Below are positions 18,911 through 28,689 of a stretch of 46,972 nucleotides of DNA, piece by piece. Within the stretch, counting starts at the first letter, position 1, and the number at the start of each line of letters is the position of its first letter. The position numbers and the translations under genes were made by a program. The stretch comes from Candidatus Hadarchaeales archaeon (lineage in GTDB: Archaea; Hadarchaeota; Hadarchaeia; Hadarchaeales; Hadarchaeaceae). The DNA lies in the NCBI GenBank assembly GCA_038872135.1, contig JAVZGN010000004.1, positions 28,525-75,496 on the forward strand. Direction: 5' to 3'. Below the pieces are notes generated by a model, which had not been told where the DNA came from, searched no databases, and saw nothing but the letters and a program-made list of their open reading frames with translations.

Positions 18911-20104
18911 CTATCCAGTTTGAGAAGACTCTTTAAGGATTGAGTCCAGGGCATCCACCAGTTTATCTATGTGTTCTTTTTCTACTATCAGTGGGGGAAC
19001 AAAGCGGAGCACCTTGTCTGCAGTGGCGTTTATGAGAAAGCCCTTTTTTCTCGCCTTTCCCACAACAGTGTCTGCGAGATCTTTGGATGAGAGTTCCACC
19101 CCTATGAGGAGACCCAGCCCCCGAACATCTTTTATCGTAGTGTATTTTTGTTTTAGCTCCTCAAGCCGCCCGATGAAGTATTTTCCCATCTTTTCCGCCC
19201 TCTGGGGCAGCTTCAGCCTTTTCATAGTTTTTATCGTGGCGATGGCTGCTGCGCAGGCGAGGGGGTTCCCGCCAAAGGTTGAGGCATGATCTCCCGGCTC
19301 AAAGCTTGCCATGATTTCTTGTCTTGCGCCAAAACTTCCGATGGGGAAACCATTTCCGAGGGCTTTCGCCATTGTGATGATGTCTGGAGTCACGCCCCAG
19401 TGCTGGCAGGCAAACCATCTCCCAGTTCTCCCCATTCCTGTCTGGACCTCATCGCATATCAGAATCGCCCCCTTTTCATCGCACAGCTTTCTCAACCCTG
19501 GAAGATAATCTTTGGATGGAACATTCACGCCCCCCTCTCCTTGAACAGGTTCAACGAGAACAGCGGCCGTTGATTCCGAGATAGCCTTTTCAGCAACCCC
19601 CAGGTCGTTGTAAGGGATGAAGTCGAAGACTCTTGGAATAATCGCTTCAAATGGCTTCCTGTATGATTCCTTCCAAGTCCCGCCGACAGTTAAGGCAGTT
19701 CTCCCGTGGAATGATCCTTCCATAACAACTATTCTCGACCTCTTTGAGTGTTTTATCGCAAGCTTTATTGCCCCCTCGTTTGCCTCCGCCCCGGAGTTGC
19801 AGAAGAAAAATTTCTCTATTTTTTCCGGCGTTATCGTCGAGAGGAGCCTGGCCAACTCACCCTGCTGGGCAATGTAGTAAAGGTTGGAGGTGTGCATCAG
19901 CTTTTTTGCCTGTGAGCATATTGCGCCGACAACAGCTGGATGGCAGTGCCCAAGGGAGCAGACGGCTATTCCGCCCACAAAATCCAGATATCTCCTCCCG
20001 TTGATGTCCTCTACCCACATCCCTTTCCCCTTGGTGAGGGCGAGGGGCTGCCTCTTGTATGTCTGGGCCACATGCTGAAGAAATATTTGCTCCAAATTTT
20101 TCAT
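18911..20104 (-). CDS. argD: Acetylornithine aminotransferase
   Basis: YLDFVGGIAV, NSGAEANE, FHGRT, EPVQGEGG, DEVQTG, AKALGNG; located in the arg cluster. Confidence 0.92.
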   Translation of the reverse strand: MKNLEQIFLQHVAQTYKRQPLALTKGKGMWVEDINGRRYLDFVGGIAVCSLGHCHPAVVGAICSQAKKLMHTSNLYYIAQQGELARLLSTITPEKIEKFFFCNSGAEANEGAIKLAIKHSKRSRIVVMEGSFHGRTALTVGGTWKESYRKPFEAIIPRVFDFIPYNDLGVAEKAISESTAAVLVEPVQGEGGVNVPSKDYLPGLRKLCDEKGAILICDEVQTGMGRTGRWFACQHWGVTPDIITMAKALGNGFPIGSFGARQEIMASFEPGDHASTFGGNPLACAAAIATIKTMKRLKLPQRAEKMGKYFIGRLEELKQKYTTIKDVRGLGLLIGVELSSKDLADTVVGKARKKGFLINATADKVLRFVPPLIVEKEHIDKLVDALDSILKESSQTG

Positions 20105-20105
20105 C

Positions 20106-21017
20106 TCAGCTTCCTCGCACTATCATCGTCCCGACACCGGTTTCTGTCAAGATTTCGAGGAGGATGGCGTGGGGCATCTTCCCGCTCAGGATGTGGCACC
20201 TCTCCACCCCACCTTTGAGCGCTTTTATGCATGCGTCAATTTTTGGAATCATGCCCTTCTTTATCACATTTTCCTGGATGAGCTTCTGCGCCTCCTCGAT
20301 GGTGAGAGAAGAAATCAGAGATTTTTCGTCTTCAGGATTTCTGAGAACTCCTATAACGTCAGTAATCAAAATCAGCTTCTTCGCTTTCAAGGCTATCGCC
20401 ACTTCAGCAGCGACGGTATCTGCATTGATGTTCAGGCTGCGTCCTTCGGCATCCATCCCAATCGGGGCGATGACTGGGACGCAACCTCCTTTCATCAGAG
20501 TGTGAAGGATTGTTGGGTCTATCTTTTCCACCTCCCCGACCAGTCCCAGATCTATTTCCACTTCCTTCCCCTTGCTGGTGACGGTTTTGTAGATGAGCTT
20601 CTTTGCCCTGATGAAACTTCCATCTGTTCCGGTAACGCCAAAAGCTTTCCCTCCATGATGGTTGATTCCCAGCACTATCTGGGTGTTTATCTTTCCCGCC
20701 AGTTGTTCATGGAGGATCTCCATGGTTTTTTCATCTGTCACTCTGAGTCCCTCTACAAACTTTGGTTTCACTCCAAGTTTGCGCATTTCTTCCGTTATTT
20801 CTGGGCCCCCACCGTGCACTATAACTATCTTCATTCCGAAGAGGTGGAGCAGAACAATGTCTTTCAGAAGGGAATCGAGGAGTTCATCGCTGCCAAGGAC
20901 ACTGCCACCGATCTTTACAACTATCGTCTTCCCGTGAAACTGCTGGATGAACGGGAGGGCCTCAAGCAGGATCTTTGCGCGGTCCTGGATTTCATCACCA
21001 CTCCTACAATGGTCCAA
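20106..21017 (-). CDS. argB: Acetylglutamate kinase (start uncertain: TTG 21017 or ATC 20990)
   Basis: EALPFI, VVKIGG, VHGGGPEI, GLRVTD, NINAD, GMIPK. Confidence 0.93.
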   Translation of the reverse strand: MDHCRSGDEIQDRAKILLEALPFIQQFHGKTIVVKIGGSVLGSDELLDSLLKDIVLLHLFGMKIVIVHGGGPEITEEMRKLGVKPKFVEGLRVTDEKTMEILHEQLAGKINTQIVLGINHHGGKAFGVTGTDGSFIRAKKLIYKTVTSKGKEVEIDLGLVGEVEKIDPTILHTLMKGGCVPVIAPIGMDAEGRSLNINADTVAAEVAIALKAKKLILITDVIGVLRNPEDEKSLISSLTIEEAQKLIQENVIKKGMIPKIDACIKALKGGVERCHILSGKMPHAILLEILTETGVGTMIVRGS

Positions 21018-21031
21018 TGGCTAAAAAACTA

Positions 21032-22264
21032 TTAGGTCGTGTATTTTGAGTTCACCCTTACGTAATCATAGGTGAGATCACAGCCCCAGGCCTTGGCGGA
21101 GGCCTTCCCAGCGGCCAGGTTGATGATTATTTCTATTTCTTTTGCCCTCATAACATCCTTGGCTTTCAGAAGGGCTTTTTTCCTCGGCGGACTACCCTTT
21201 TTCACGAGTTCTGCGGTCCCCCGCTCGCTCTGCATTGTTATCGAAATTTTTTGTGGGTCGAAAACAGCTCCAGAATAGCCTAGGGCTGCAGCGATTCTTC
21301 CCCAGTTGGGGTCGCGGCCAAAAATTGCGGCCTTCACCAGATTGGAACCGGCAACAGTTCTCGCAGCTATCCTTGCATCTTTTTCATTTCTTGCATTCAG
21401 CACGCAAACTTCTATCGATTTTGATGCACCTTCTCCATCACTAGCTATCATCCACGCCAGCTCTGTTGTCACATATTCCATGCCAGACTGAAAATTTTCA
21501 TCGATGTTGGTTTCCGTGATTGTCTTGTTCCCCGCCCGTCCATTTGCCATGACGAGGACCATATCACTTGTGCTGGTGTCATTGTCAACAGTGATGAGGT
21601 TGAAACTTTTGTCAACAGCTCTTGAAAGGACATGTTTGAGGGCTTGGGGGGTTATCGCAGCGTCGGTTGTTAAGAAGGCAAGCATCGTGGCGGTCTTCAT
21701 CTTTGGGCAGATCATCCCCGCCCCCTTTGCGATGCCTCCTATCGTCACCTGAGTCCCGCCATTTAGATCCACTCTCACGGCGATTTCCTTTGGGAAAGTG
21801 TCTGTGGTCATTATCGCCTTCGCAGCGTCCAGGCTAGCCTCTCTTGAGGGGGAGAGATTTTGGGCAGCAGACCTTATCCCGGACAAAACTTTTTTGATGG
21901 GGAGATAAGCGCCTATCAACCCCGTTGAGGCGACCCCAACCTCTGCCGGCTTCAGGCCCAAACATTCGGCAGTGACTTTTGCCATCTCCTTTGCATCCCT
22001 CAGCCCTCTTTTTCCTGTAAAGACATTGGCCACCCCGGAGTTTGCGACTATTGCTCCAAGCTTTCCCTTCTTCACATGCTGCTGGGTGAGGATCACGGGG
22101 GCGCCTTTTACTCTGTTAGTTGTGAACGCGCCGGCGGCTACAACTGGTCCATCTTCAGAAGCTATTATTGCAAGGTCCAGACCCCGCTTCTTTATCCCAG
22201 CCCTCACGCCAGCTGCCAGAAATCCTGGAGGCTCTGTTATTCCCCCCTCTAGCACTGTTATCAA
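21032..22264 (-). CDS. argJ: Ornithine acetyltransferase / N-acetylglutamate synthase
   Basis: STGLIG, AIMTTD, KGAGMI...TATML autoproteolysis site, DTSTSD, DGEGA, DPNWGRI. Confidence 0.95.
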   Translation of the reverse strand: MITVLEGGITEPPGFLAAGVRAGIKKRGLDLAIIASEDGPVVAAGAFTTNRVKGAPVILTQQHVKKGKLGAIVANSGVANVFTGKRGLRDAKEMAKVTAECLGLKPAEVGVASTGLIGAYLPIKKVLSGIRSAAQNLSPSREASLDAAKAIMTTDTFPKEIAVRVDLNGGTQVTIGGIAKGAGMICPKMKTATMLAFLTTDAAITPQALKHVLSRAVDKSFNLITVDNDTSTSDMVLVMANGRAGNKTITETNIDENFQSGMEYVTTELAWMIASDGEGASKSIEVCVLNARNEKDARIAARTVAGSNLVKAAIFGRDPNWGRIAAALGYSGAVFDPQKISITMQSERGTAELVKKGSPPRKKALLKAKDVMRAKEIEIIINLAAGKASAKAWGCDLTYDYVRVNSKYTT

Positions 22265-22279
22265 TTTCTCACCACTCTT

Positions 22280-23308
22280 TCACGGTCGTGGCGGCAGCGT
22301 CTCCAGGCCAGCTTTCTCATCCAGGTCAAACATTATGTTCATGTTTTGGATGGCCTGCCCCGCTGCCCCTTTGATGAGATTGTCTATGGCTGAGACAACC
22401 ACCAGCCTTTCGCCCTCTCCCGCCTTTTCCACACCGATGTCGCAGTAGTTTGAGCCGACCACATAGTTTATCTCCGGGAGCCCGTCCACGATCCTGACGA
22501 AAGGTTCTCCATCGTAAAACTTCCGGTAGAGGTTGAGGATTTCTTCGCGGGTGATGTCTGAGGTGAGGAAAACATGCATGGTCGAGAGGATTCCCCGGAC
22601 AACTGGGATGAGGTGGGGGGTGAAGTGGGCTCTCACAGGGGTGCCGGCCAGTTTGCTGAGCTCCTGGGAGATTTCTGGCTCATGTCTATGGGTAGTTGCA
22701 GAGTATGCTTTGATGTTGGCTCCTATCAGTGGATGGTGGGTGCTTTCGGTTGGGGCTGCGCCGGCTCCAGAAGTCCCGGTTTTCGCGTCGATGATGATGT
22801 GCTCAAGGTCGATGATTTTTTCCTTCACCAGCGGCGCAAGGCCCAGGATTGCTGCCGTCGGGAAACACCCCGGGTTCCCTATCAGCCTGGCCTTTCTGAT
22901 CTTTTCCCTGTAGATTTCCGGGAGGCCGTACACCCCCTTTATCTCCGGGCTCTCGTGTTTCGTGTAGTATTTTTCATAGACCGAGACATCTTCAAACCTG
23001 TAGTCTGCGCTCAGATCTATCACCTTCGTTTCACCTTGGAGGAGCTTCGGGACAAATTTCATCGCAACCTTGTGGGGAGTGGCAGAGAAAACTACATCGG
23101 CATCCCTAGCCATTGAATCGTAGTCGGGCTCTGTGATTTCGATGTCGACCCTTCCGCGCAGGTTTGGGTTTATTTTGCTCACGGGCGTCCCGATGTTCCT
23201 TATGTCGTGGGCCCCGATTATTTCAACGGAAGGGTGGTTTGCGAGGAGTCTGAAGAGCTCCCCGGCGGCATAGCCCGAGGCACCAACGATCGCGATTTTT
23301 ATTTTCAC
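22280..23308 (-). CDS. argC: N-acetyl-gamma-glutamyl-phosphate reductase
   Basis: GASGYAAGE, IDLSADYR, YGLPE, NPGCFPT, DNLIKGAAGQA. Confidence 0.95.
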   Translation of the reverse strand: MKIKIAIVGASGYAAGELFRLLANHPSVEIIGAHDIRNIGTPVSKINPNLRGRVDIEITEPDYDSMARDADVVFSATPHKVAMKFVPKLLQGETKVIDLSADYRFEDVSVYEKYYTKHESPEIKGVYGLPEIYREKIRKARLIGNPGCFPTAAILGLAPLVKEKIIDLEHIIIDAKTGTSGAGAAPTESTHHPLIGANIKAYSATTHRHEPEISQELSKLAGTPVRAHFTPHLIPVVRGILSTMHVFLTSDITREEILNLYRKFYDGEPFVRIVDGLPEINYVVGSNYCDIGVEKAGEGERLVVVSAIDNLIKGAAGQAIQNMNIMFDLDEKAGLETLPPRP

Positions 23309-24828
23309 TTCATCCTCTCCCTGGCTTTCTTCAGTAAATCTGACTCAGCATTTTTTAGGGCTTTTTTTCTCTTCTCCAGAATCTTTGAGTAGTTCTTGAG
23401 CTCATTCTTTATCTCCTTGAGCTGCTGGGAAACGGATTTTTGGGATGGCCCTCCGGGAAGCGACCTCATGGCAACAACCTTTTTGACATCGAGAACTTCT
23501 GAGAGGCGCTCTGGGGATATCTCAACCTTTTTCCCGCAGACCTCTTCAGCGGCCCGGGTGATGTCTTCTGGGGTTATTTCCGCCATCTTCTTCCCGCTTT
23601 TTGTTGCGTTCAGGACGACCCTCCCGACGATTGAATGGGCTTCCCTGAAGGGGACGCCGCTCCTCACGAGTTCGCTTGCGAGTTCTGTGGCTGCGGAGAA
23701 TCCCTCGCTTGCTTTTGCTTCCATCACTTCCGGCTTTGGGTTTAGCTTTTCAAACATCTTAGCCATGATGGCAAAAGCGGCTTTTGTTTCATCGACGGTG
23801 GACCAGAGGAGGGGCGTGAGTTCCTGGTAATCCAGGTTGTAGGCCTGCGGGAGGGATTTGAGGAGGGAGAGGGCAGAGGTGAGGTTTCCGATCACCCGAC
23901 TTGCCTTTGCCCTAACGATTTCTGCTACAACGGGATTCTTCTTCTGGGGCATTATGCTGCTAGTGGAAGAAAATTCATCCGGGAGCTCCAGCATTCCAAA
24001 TTCTGATGAAGCCATGAGGATAACCTCCTCCGCGAGCCTGCTCAGGTTTACCATGGCGATGGAAAGGGCCGACATTGCGTGGAGGATGAAGTCCCTGGAG
24101 CCAACTGCGTCCATAGTATTTTCATCGATTCTCTTGAAGCCTAGGAGATTTGCAACTTCTCCACGGTTCACGGGAAGGCTGGTTCCGGCGAGGGCGCAGG
24201 CGCCCATCGGGCATGAGTTCAGAAACTCAAAGGTTGCTTCAAAGCGGCGTAGGTCTCTGAGGAAGCAGAAGGAGTATGCGGAGAGGAAGTGGGCGAAGGT
24301 TGTTGGCTCCGCTACCTGGGTGTGGGTGTAGCCGGGCATCACCGTCGTGAGATTTTTTTCTGCCTGGGCCACGAGGGAGTTGATGAGAGAAGAGATCGAC
24401 TCGCAGACCTCCACAAGCTCTTTCCTCAAGGCGATTTTTATTGCCGCGACCACCTGATCATTCCTGCTTTTGCCAGTGTGAAGCTTTTGCCCGCTTTCTC
24501 CCGCCTCCTTCGCCACAAACTCTTCGATCACCATGTGGATGTCTTCCAGCTCAGGCGGCATTTCTAGGGTCGAGGGGTCCTTTTCGTTTAGGGAGAGGAG
24601 GGCTTTCAGAATGCCTGAAGCATCGTTTTTTGAGATGATTCCCTGGTCCAGGAGCATGATGGCGTGGGCGATGTTCACCTGGACGGTTGGACGGAAAATT
24701 CTGATGTCATCCTTCAGAGAAGAGGTGTAGGTGGCCGCTTGGGCATCAATTTCCTTTTCAAACCTTCCTTTCCTCAGGCTTGGATTTTCACTCAACTTCT
24801 CCACGTGTCCCTGTAGACGGTTTTCCAT
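23305..24828 (-). CDS. argH: Argininosuccinate lyase
   Basis: EDIH, HTGKSRNDQ, MPGYTH, SSIMPQKKNP, PFREAH. Confidence 0.95.
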   Translation of the reverse strand: MENRLQGHVEKLSENPSLRKGRFEKEIDAQAATYTSSLKDDIRIFRPTVQVNIAHAIMLLDQGIISKNDASGILKALLSLNEKDPSTLEMPPELEDIHMVIEEFVAKEAGESGQKLHTGKSRNDQVVAAIKIALRKELVEVCESISSLINSLVAQAEKNLTTVMPGYTHTQVAEPTTFAHFLSAYSFCFLRDLRRFEATFEFLNSCPMGACALAGTSLPVNRGEVANLLGFKRIDENTMDAVGSRDFILHAMSALSIAMVNLSRLAEEVILMASSEFGMLELPDEFSSTSSIMPQKKNPVVAEIVRAKASRVIGNLTSALSLLKSLPQAYNLDYQELTPLLWSTVDETKAAFAIMAKMFEKLNPKPEVMEAKASEGFSAATELASELVRSGVPFREAHSIVGRVVLNATKSGKKMAEITPEDITRAAEEVCGKKVEISPERLSEVLDVKKVVAMRSLPGGPSQKSVSQQLKEIKNELKNYSKILEKRKKALKNAESDLLKKARERMK

Positions 24829-24873
24829 AAAAAGTTTGGGCTGGTGCGGAGTTTGCGATGCACTTCGAGATAT

Positions 24874-26052
24874 CTATTTCTTCCTAGAGGCGGCAATTCT
24901 CTGCTGGAGTGAATACATCTTTATGAAAGCTTCTGCCTCTTCCCCTTTCCAGCTCGCCGCCTGCGCATACTTCGCTATCTCTTCCCTGATGAGAGAATAT
25001 GGAGAAGAAACGCTTTCCTGCAGGAGTGATCCTCTATCCACCCTCATCTGAACCTCCCCAGTAACAACTTCTTGGGTGGAATCAACGAAGCGCTCGATAT
25101 CCCTCATCACCGGCTCATAGAAGAGCCCCCTGAAAGAGAGGTCTGCATAGAGGTTTTCCAGCGGGAGCTTTGCGTTCAGCTGGTGGTGGGTTAAGACAAG
25201 CCTCTCCAGGGCCCTGTGCGCCTCTATCAGGAAAAGAAGTCCAGGAGCCTCGAAAGCCTGATAGCCCTTTATCCCCAGCGTCTCATCCTCCACATACAGC
25301 CCACGTCCATAGCCATGTGCACCGGCTCTCAGGTTGAGCAGCTGGAGGATTTCTATTCCCTTCATCGGGCGCCCATCAACCTCCACGGGCACACCCCTTT
25401 CAAAGGTCACCTTGATGCTCTCAGGCTTTTCCTTTGTTATTCTTGAGAGGACCCAGACCTCCTCACTTGGAGGCCTGTTTTCATCGATTTCAGACCCAGA
25501 GATCGTGCGCCCGAAGACATTTTCATTGATCGTGTACTTCTTTGTTTCAGCTTTTACAGCAAACCCTCTTTTTTCCAAGTATTCGATTTCCTGCGGTCTT
25601 CTTATCCCTAGCTCTCTTATTGGGGCAATGATTTTTAGCTCTGGGGCAAGGCACCTCACAGAGACGTCGATTCTCACCTGGTCATTCCCCGCTCCGGTGC
25701 ATCCGTGGGCAACTGCACTGGCATTTTCCTTTTTTGCTATTTCCACGAGGTGTTTGGCGATTGTGTATCTATCTGAGCACATTAGAGGATAGACGCCCTG
25801 GTAGAGAGCGTTGGCTTTTATGATGTAGGAGATGATTTCATCGAAAATCTCGTCCTTCGCGTCCACAAAATAATGCTTTACCGCCCCGAGCTCTTTTGAC
25901 CGCTTTTCGATGTAGTTCAGTTCTTCGGCGCTCAAGCCTCCTGTGTCAATGGTTGCTGTGACAACGTCATAGTCTCTTTCCTCCGTCAGGTATCTCACGC
26001 AGAAGCTTGTGTCCAGACCTCCGGAGAATGCGAGGACAACTTTTTCCGCCAT
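24874..26052 (-). CDS. argG: Argininosuccinate synthase
   Basis: VLAFSGGLDTS, AHGCTGAGNDQVR. ATG 4 nt after AGTGA. Confidence 0.95.
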   Translation of the reverse strand: MAEKVVLAFSGGLDTSFCVRYLTEERDYDVVTATIDTGGLSAEELNYIEKRSKELGAVKHYFVDAKDEIFDEIISYIIKANALYQGVYPLMCSDRYTIAKHLVEIAKKENASAVAHGCTGAGNDQVRIDVSVRCLAPELKIIAPIRELGIRRPQEIEYLEKRGFAVKAETKKYTINENVFGRTISGSEIDENRPPSEEVWVLSRITKEKPESIKVTFERGVPVEVDGRPMKGIEILQLLNLRAGAHGYGRGLYVEDETLGIKGYQAFEAPGLLFLIEAHRALERLVLTHHQLNAKLPLENLYADLSFRGLFYEPVMRDIERFVDSTQEVVTGEVQMRVDRGSLLQESVSSPYSLIREEIAKYAQAASWKGEEAEAFIKMYSLQQRIAASRKK

Positions 26053-26254
26053 TTTATCACTACCTTTCAAGCCCAGCGGGTTTTTAAACTTGTGTTGGGG
26101 CGTGGAGATTTTCTAGAGGAGACGCTTCCACTGGGCACGATTGAGCAAGTGTTTCCAAATGTGTAAACTCCTTGTGTACATTAAACCGAGTCTAAAGAAA
26201 CCATCAGGCGCGCCGGTTTCAGAAGAGGTCGGCCGGGAAGTCGCGTGATACCTT

Positions 26255-26818
26255 TCAAAGTATTTCGATGACCTTTTTCCTGAACTTCTCCCCATATTTT
26301 TCCAAGTACTTTTCCAGCTTTTCACGATGGACCTTTTTTCTAAAAAGTTTCACCATGTCCTTCTTCATTTCCCGGAAGTAAATCATGTCTATGAGTGTTT
26401 TTTCCACATCACTCACGGGTAGCAAAAATTCGCCATGTTGATAGTAGTCGTACCCGAAGAAATACCTCTTTGAAATCCTTCTCACGAGCACGTTATGCCC
26501 CATCACTGACCTGATGCCAGGCCTGACCATTCGAGATGTCACGATGACGGGCAAAGTTTCCTGTTCCCAGAGGTTGTGGAAGCTCATCGCATCCTGCAGC
26601 CCGATGTATGCCGGTTTCAGAGAGAATACTAAGAGGGATGGATCATCATGCACTGTGTAATATCCCTTGGCCAGTCTCTTCACCTCCCCCCTCTTCACGA
26701 GATGATTCATCAATACATACGCATATCTCCTGTCTCCGACCAGTGTGGCAACTGACTGAAAGTTTACGACTGGAGACCTATTGAAAAATTCTCTCACCTT
26801 TTCAACATGGCGTTTCAT
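26255..26818 (-). CDS. AbiEi-like type IV TA antitoxin / winged-helix regulator
   Basis: N-terminal wHTH (LVKRGEVKRLAKGYY), PAYIGLQDAMSFH, VSDVEKTLIDM. ATGA overlap with the toxin gene. Confidence 0.75.
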   Translation of the reverse strand: MKRHVEKVREFFNRSPVVNFQSVATLVGDRRYAYVLMNHLVKRGEVKRLAKGYYTVHDDPSLLVFSLKPAYIGLQDAMSFHNLWEQETLPVIVTSRMVRPGIRSVMGHNVLVRRISKRYFFGYDYYQHGEFLLPVSDVEKTLIDMIYFREMKKDMVKLFRKKVHREKLEKYLEKYGEKFRKKVIEIL

Positions 26819-27468
26819 CCGGCCCACCTCTTTATGTATTCAATCATGTCGTTTGCGCTGGGGACGAGCCCAAAGAGGATGAGCACCTTAAGTTCCTTTT
26901 CATCTACTGGCGGTTTATAATTTTGAACAAGTTTCAAGAGCTCAGATTTTATTTTTTCCGTCTTTTCAAGATGTCGTAAAAGAAAGAAGGCATCGTACAA
27001 GTCGCGGACTTTTCTCCTCGCCAAGTATGCCTCAATTTTTTCATCAAGGAGAATGTCCGGCGGTAGCGTGCGGACGCTCAACAGGTTTCCCTCACATGTC
27101 TCGTACTCTGCGATTATACCATCGACTCGCCGGAATGACGCCTCAAGCCGAACTTCTGCATCACCGAGCTTAAGCGTTGAATATAGGGAGTTCTCCTTTA
27201 TTCTTTTTTTAACTACGGTGAACCCGCGCTTCTCCAGCATCTGAAACATTTCATCGATTTTGCCCAAGTTTTTTTCCATATACACATCGATGTCTTCAGA
27301 GAATCGATTTCCTGAGTAACACCGCCAGATTGCCGTGCCTCCGTAGAGGACACCTCGCGGAAAAAGAGATGAAAAGATTTCGACGACGATATCCTGTGCA
27401 AGGGCGACTTCTCTGTGGTGCCTTCTCTTTATCTTGGCGCCCAGAAAAACTCTCCTCAGCTTTTCCAT
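26815..27468 (-). CDS. AbiEii/AbiGii-family nucleotidyltransferase toxin
   Basis: YGGTAI, RFSEDID, EKIEA...RKVRDLYD motifs. Confidence 0.85.
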   Translation of the reverse strand: MEKLRRVFLGAKIKRRHHREVALAQDIVVEIFSSLFPRGVLYGGTAIWRCYSGNRFSEDIDVYMEKNLGKIDEMFQMLEKRGFTVVKKRIKENSLYSTLKLGDAEVRLEASFRRVDGIIAEYETCEGNLLSVRTLPPDILLDEKIEAYLARRKVRDLYDAFFLLRHLEKTEKIKSELLKLVQNYKPPVDEKELKVLILFGLVPSANDMIEYIKRWAG

Positions 27469-27479
27469 TTTACCATCAG

Positions 27480-27515
27480 TTAACTAAACTTATAATTATT
27501 TATAAGTTTGGTTAA
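27480..27515 (-). promoter_or_regulatory. 16-bp inverted repeat overlapping the TATA box of the AbiE operon (putative antitoxin operator)
   Basis: TTAACTAAACTTATAA-ttat-TTATAAGTTTGGTTAA; arms match 15/16; lies 12-47 nt upstream of the toxin ATG. Confidence 0.65.
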
Positions 27516-27722
27516 TTCGATATACTTTCGAGGCGAGGTGGATTAGCGGTGATTACAAATTGAGCAACTCGAGACATACTGTGGAGAAAATCTCGAGCAT
27601 CGAAGAATGATTCGCGCCCCCCGCTGTTTTGGCACATTTGCATTTTCCAGCCGCGTCTCGGCCGCTTGCCCATCACACTAAAAAGCGCCGGTAAACATAG
27701 ATGGTTGTTCAGAGGGCGATCC

Positions 27723-28427
27723 ATGATGGCGACCTCAAGAGCGATGAGTAGAAGGCTGGCAGGCTTCCGCCTTCTCGGCATAGGTGTGGCTCTTTTTGTC
27801 CTCGTCAATCTCACTGTCTTCATCCTAATTTCTTTCCGCCCCGAGCTGCTAGAGGTCCTCTGGCTCTCCGCCGACCGTCCCTGGGGCATTATCACTTCAA
27901 TTTTCGCCCATGCAGATGCATCCCACCTCTTCTGGAACCTGCTATTTTTTCTGATATTCTGTCTCTTCTTCACGGGTGTTGGCTGGCGGGACAGCCCAAA
28001 GGTGAGGCGCGATTCAACCAAGATTTTTCTGGCGGTGGCGCTAGCGGCAGGCATTATAGCAAATGCGGAAGAGTTCTTGGCACTTTGGTATCCTAGCGGG
28101 ATAACTCATTTGGGAAGCTGGGGTGCCTCAGGGGTTGTGTATGCCTCTGGAGGGGCCCTCTTGGTGTTTTCCATCCACAAGCTCCCATCGGTTGTGGAGT
28201 ATATTCAAAAGATCAGGCGCTCAAGGGAGAAGATCGATCACCGGGAATTTTTCATGGCCATGTTGCCGGCGTTTATCATCATCTGGATGTTTATGGATAT
28301 CCTGTCCGGCTTCGGTCGCGGCCTAGCGGGAATCACCCACGGATTAGGGTTTCTGCTTGGGTTCTTGATGGCGACGGCGCTGTGGGATTTCGGTATCGGA
28401 GAGCAAAAAAGCCGCAGGAAAAGATGA
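27723..28427 (+). CDS. Rhomboid-family intramembrane serine protease
   Basis: PWGIITSIFAH...HLFWN, catalytic GASG, THGLGFLLG, multiple TM segments. Confidence 0.85.
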   Translation: MMATSRAMSRRLAGFRLLGIGVALFVLVNLTVFILISFRPELLEVLWLSADRPWGIITSIFAHADASHLFWNLLFFLIFCLFFTGVGWRDSPKVRRDSTKIFLAVALAAGIIANAEEFLALWYPSGITHLGSWGASGVVYASGGALLVFSIHKLPSVVEYIQKIRRSREKIDHREFFMAMLPAFIIIWMFMDILSGFGRGLAGITHGLGFLLGFLMATALWDFGIGEQKSRRKR

Positions 28428-28689
28428 ATTTAAGCAGGTATTTGATCGATTTTGGCTCAGATTTTTCATTTCATCAACCCATCCACCCGAAGCTGTCTTT
28501 TCACATCGCTCTCAAAGAAAAAGCTCTGAGCCGGAGGGAGTACTTTTGGAAATTCTTCTGGCAAAGACGTTGTGCTGGGATTCTGCACTCCGTGGAGACG
28601 CCCCGCTTCATAAGTGGTGCGGTTTGGATTTTTAAGTAGGAGGGCGATGATTATTTAAATTGACTGTAATAGGCGAGTGAGGTGATTTC

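Noticed and set aside
20169-21035. 288-aa plus-strand ORF
   Set aside because: Antisense to argB with no recognisable domain.
28600-28620. Hairpin GCCCCGCTT-CAT-AAGTGGTGC resembling an IS200/IS605 end
   Set aside because: Short and imperfect, with no tnpA/tnpB remnant recognisable nearby.
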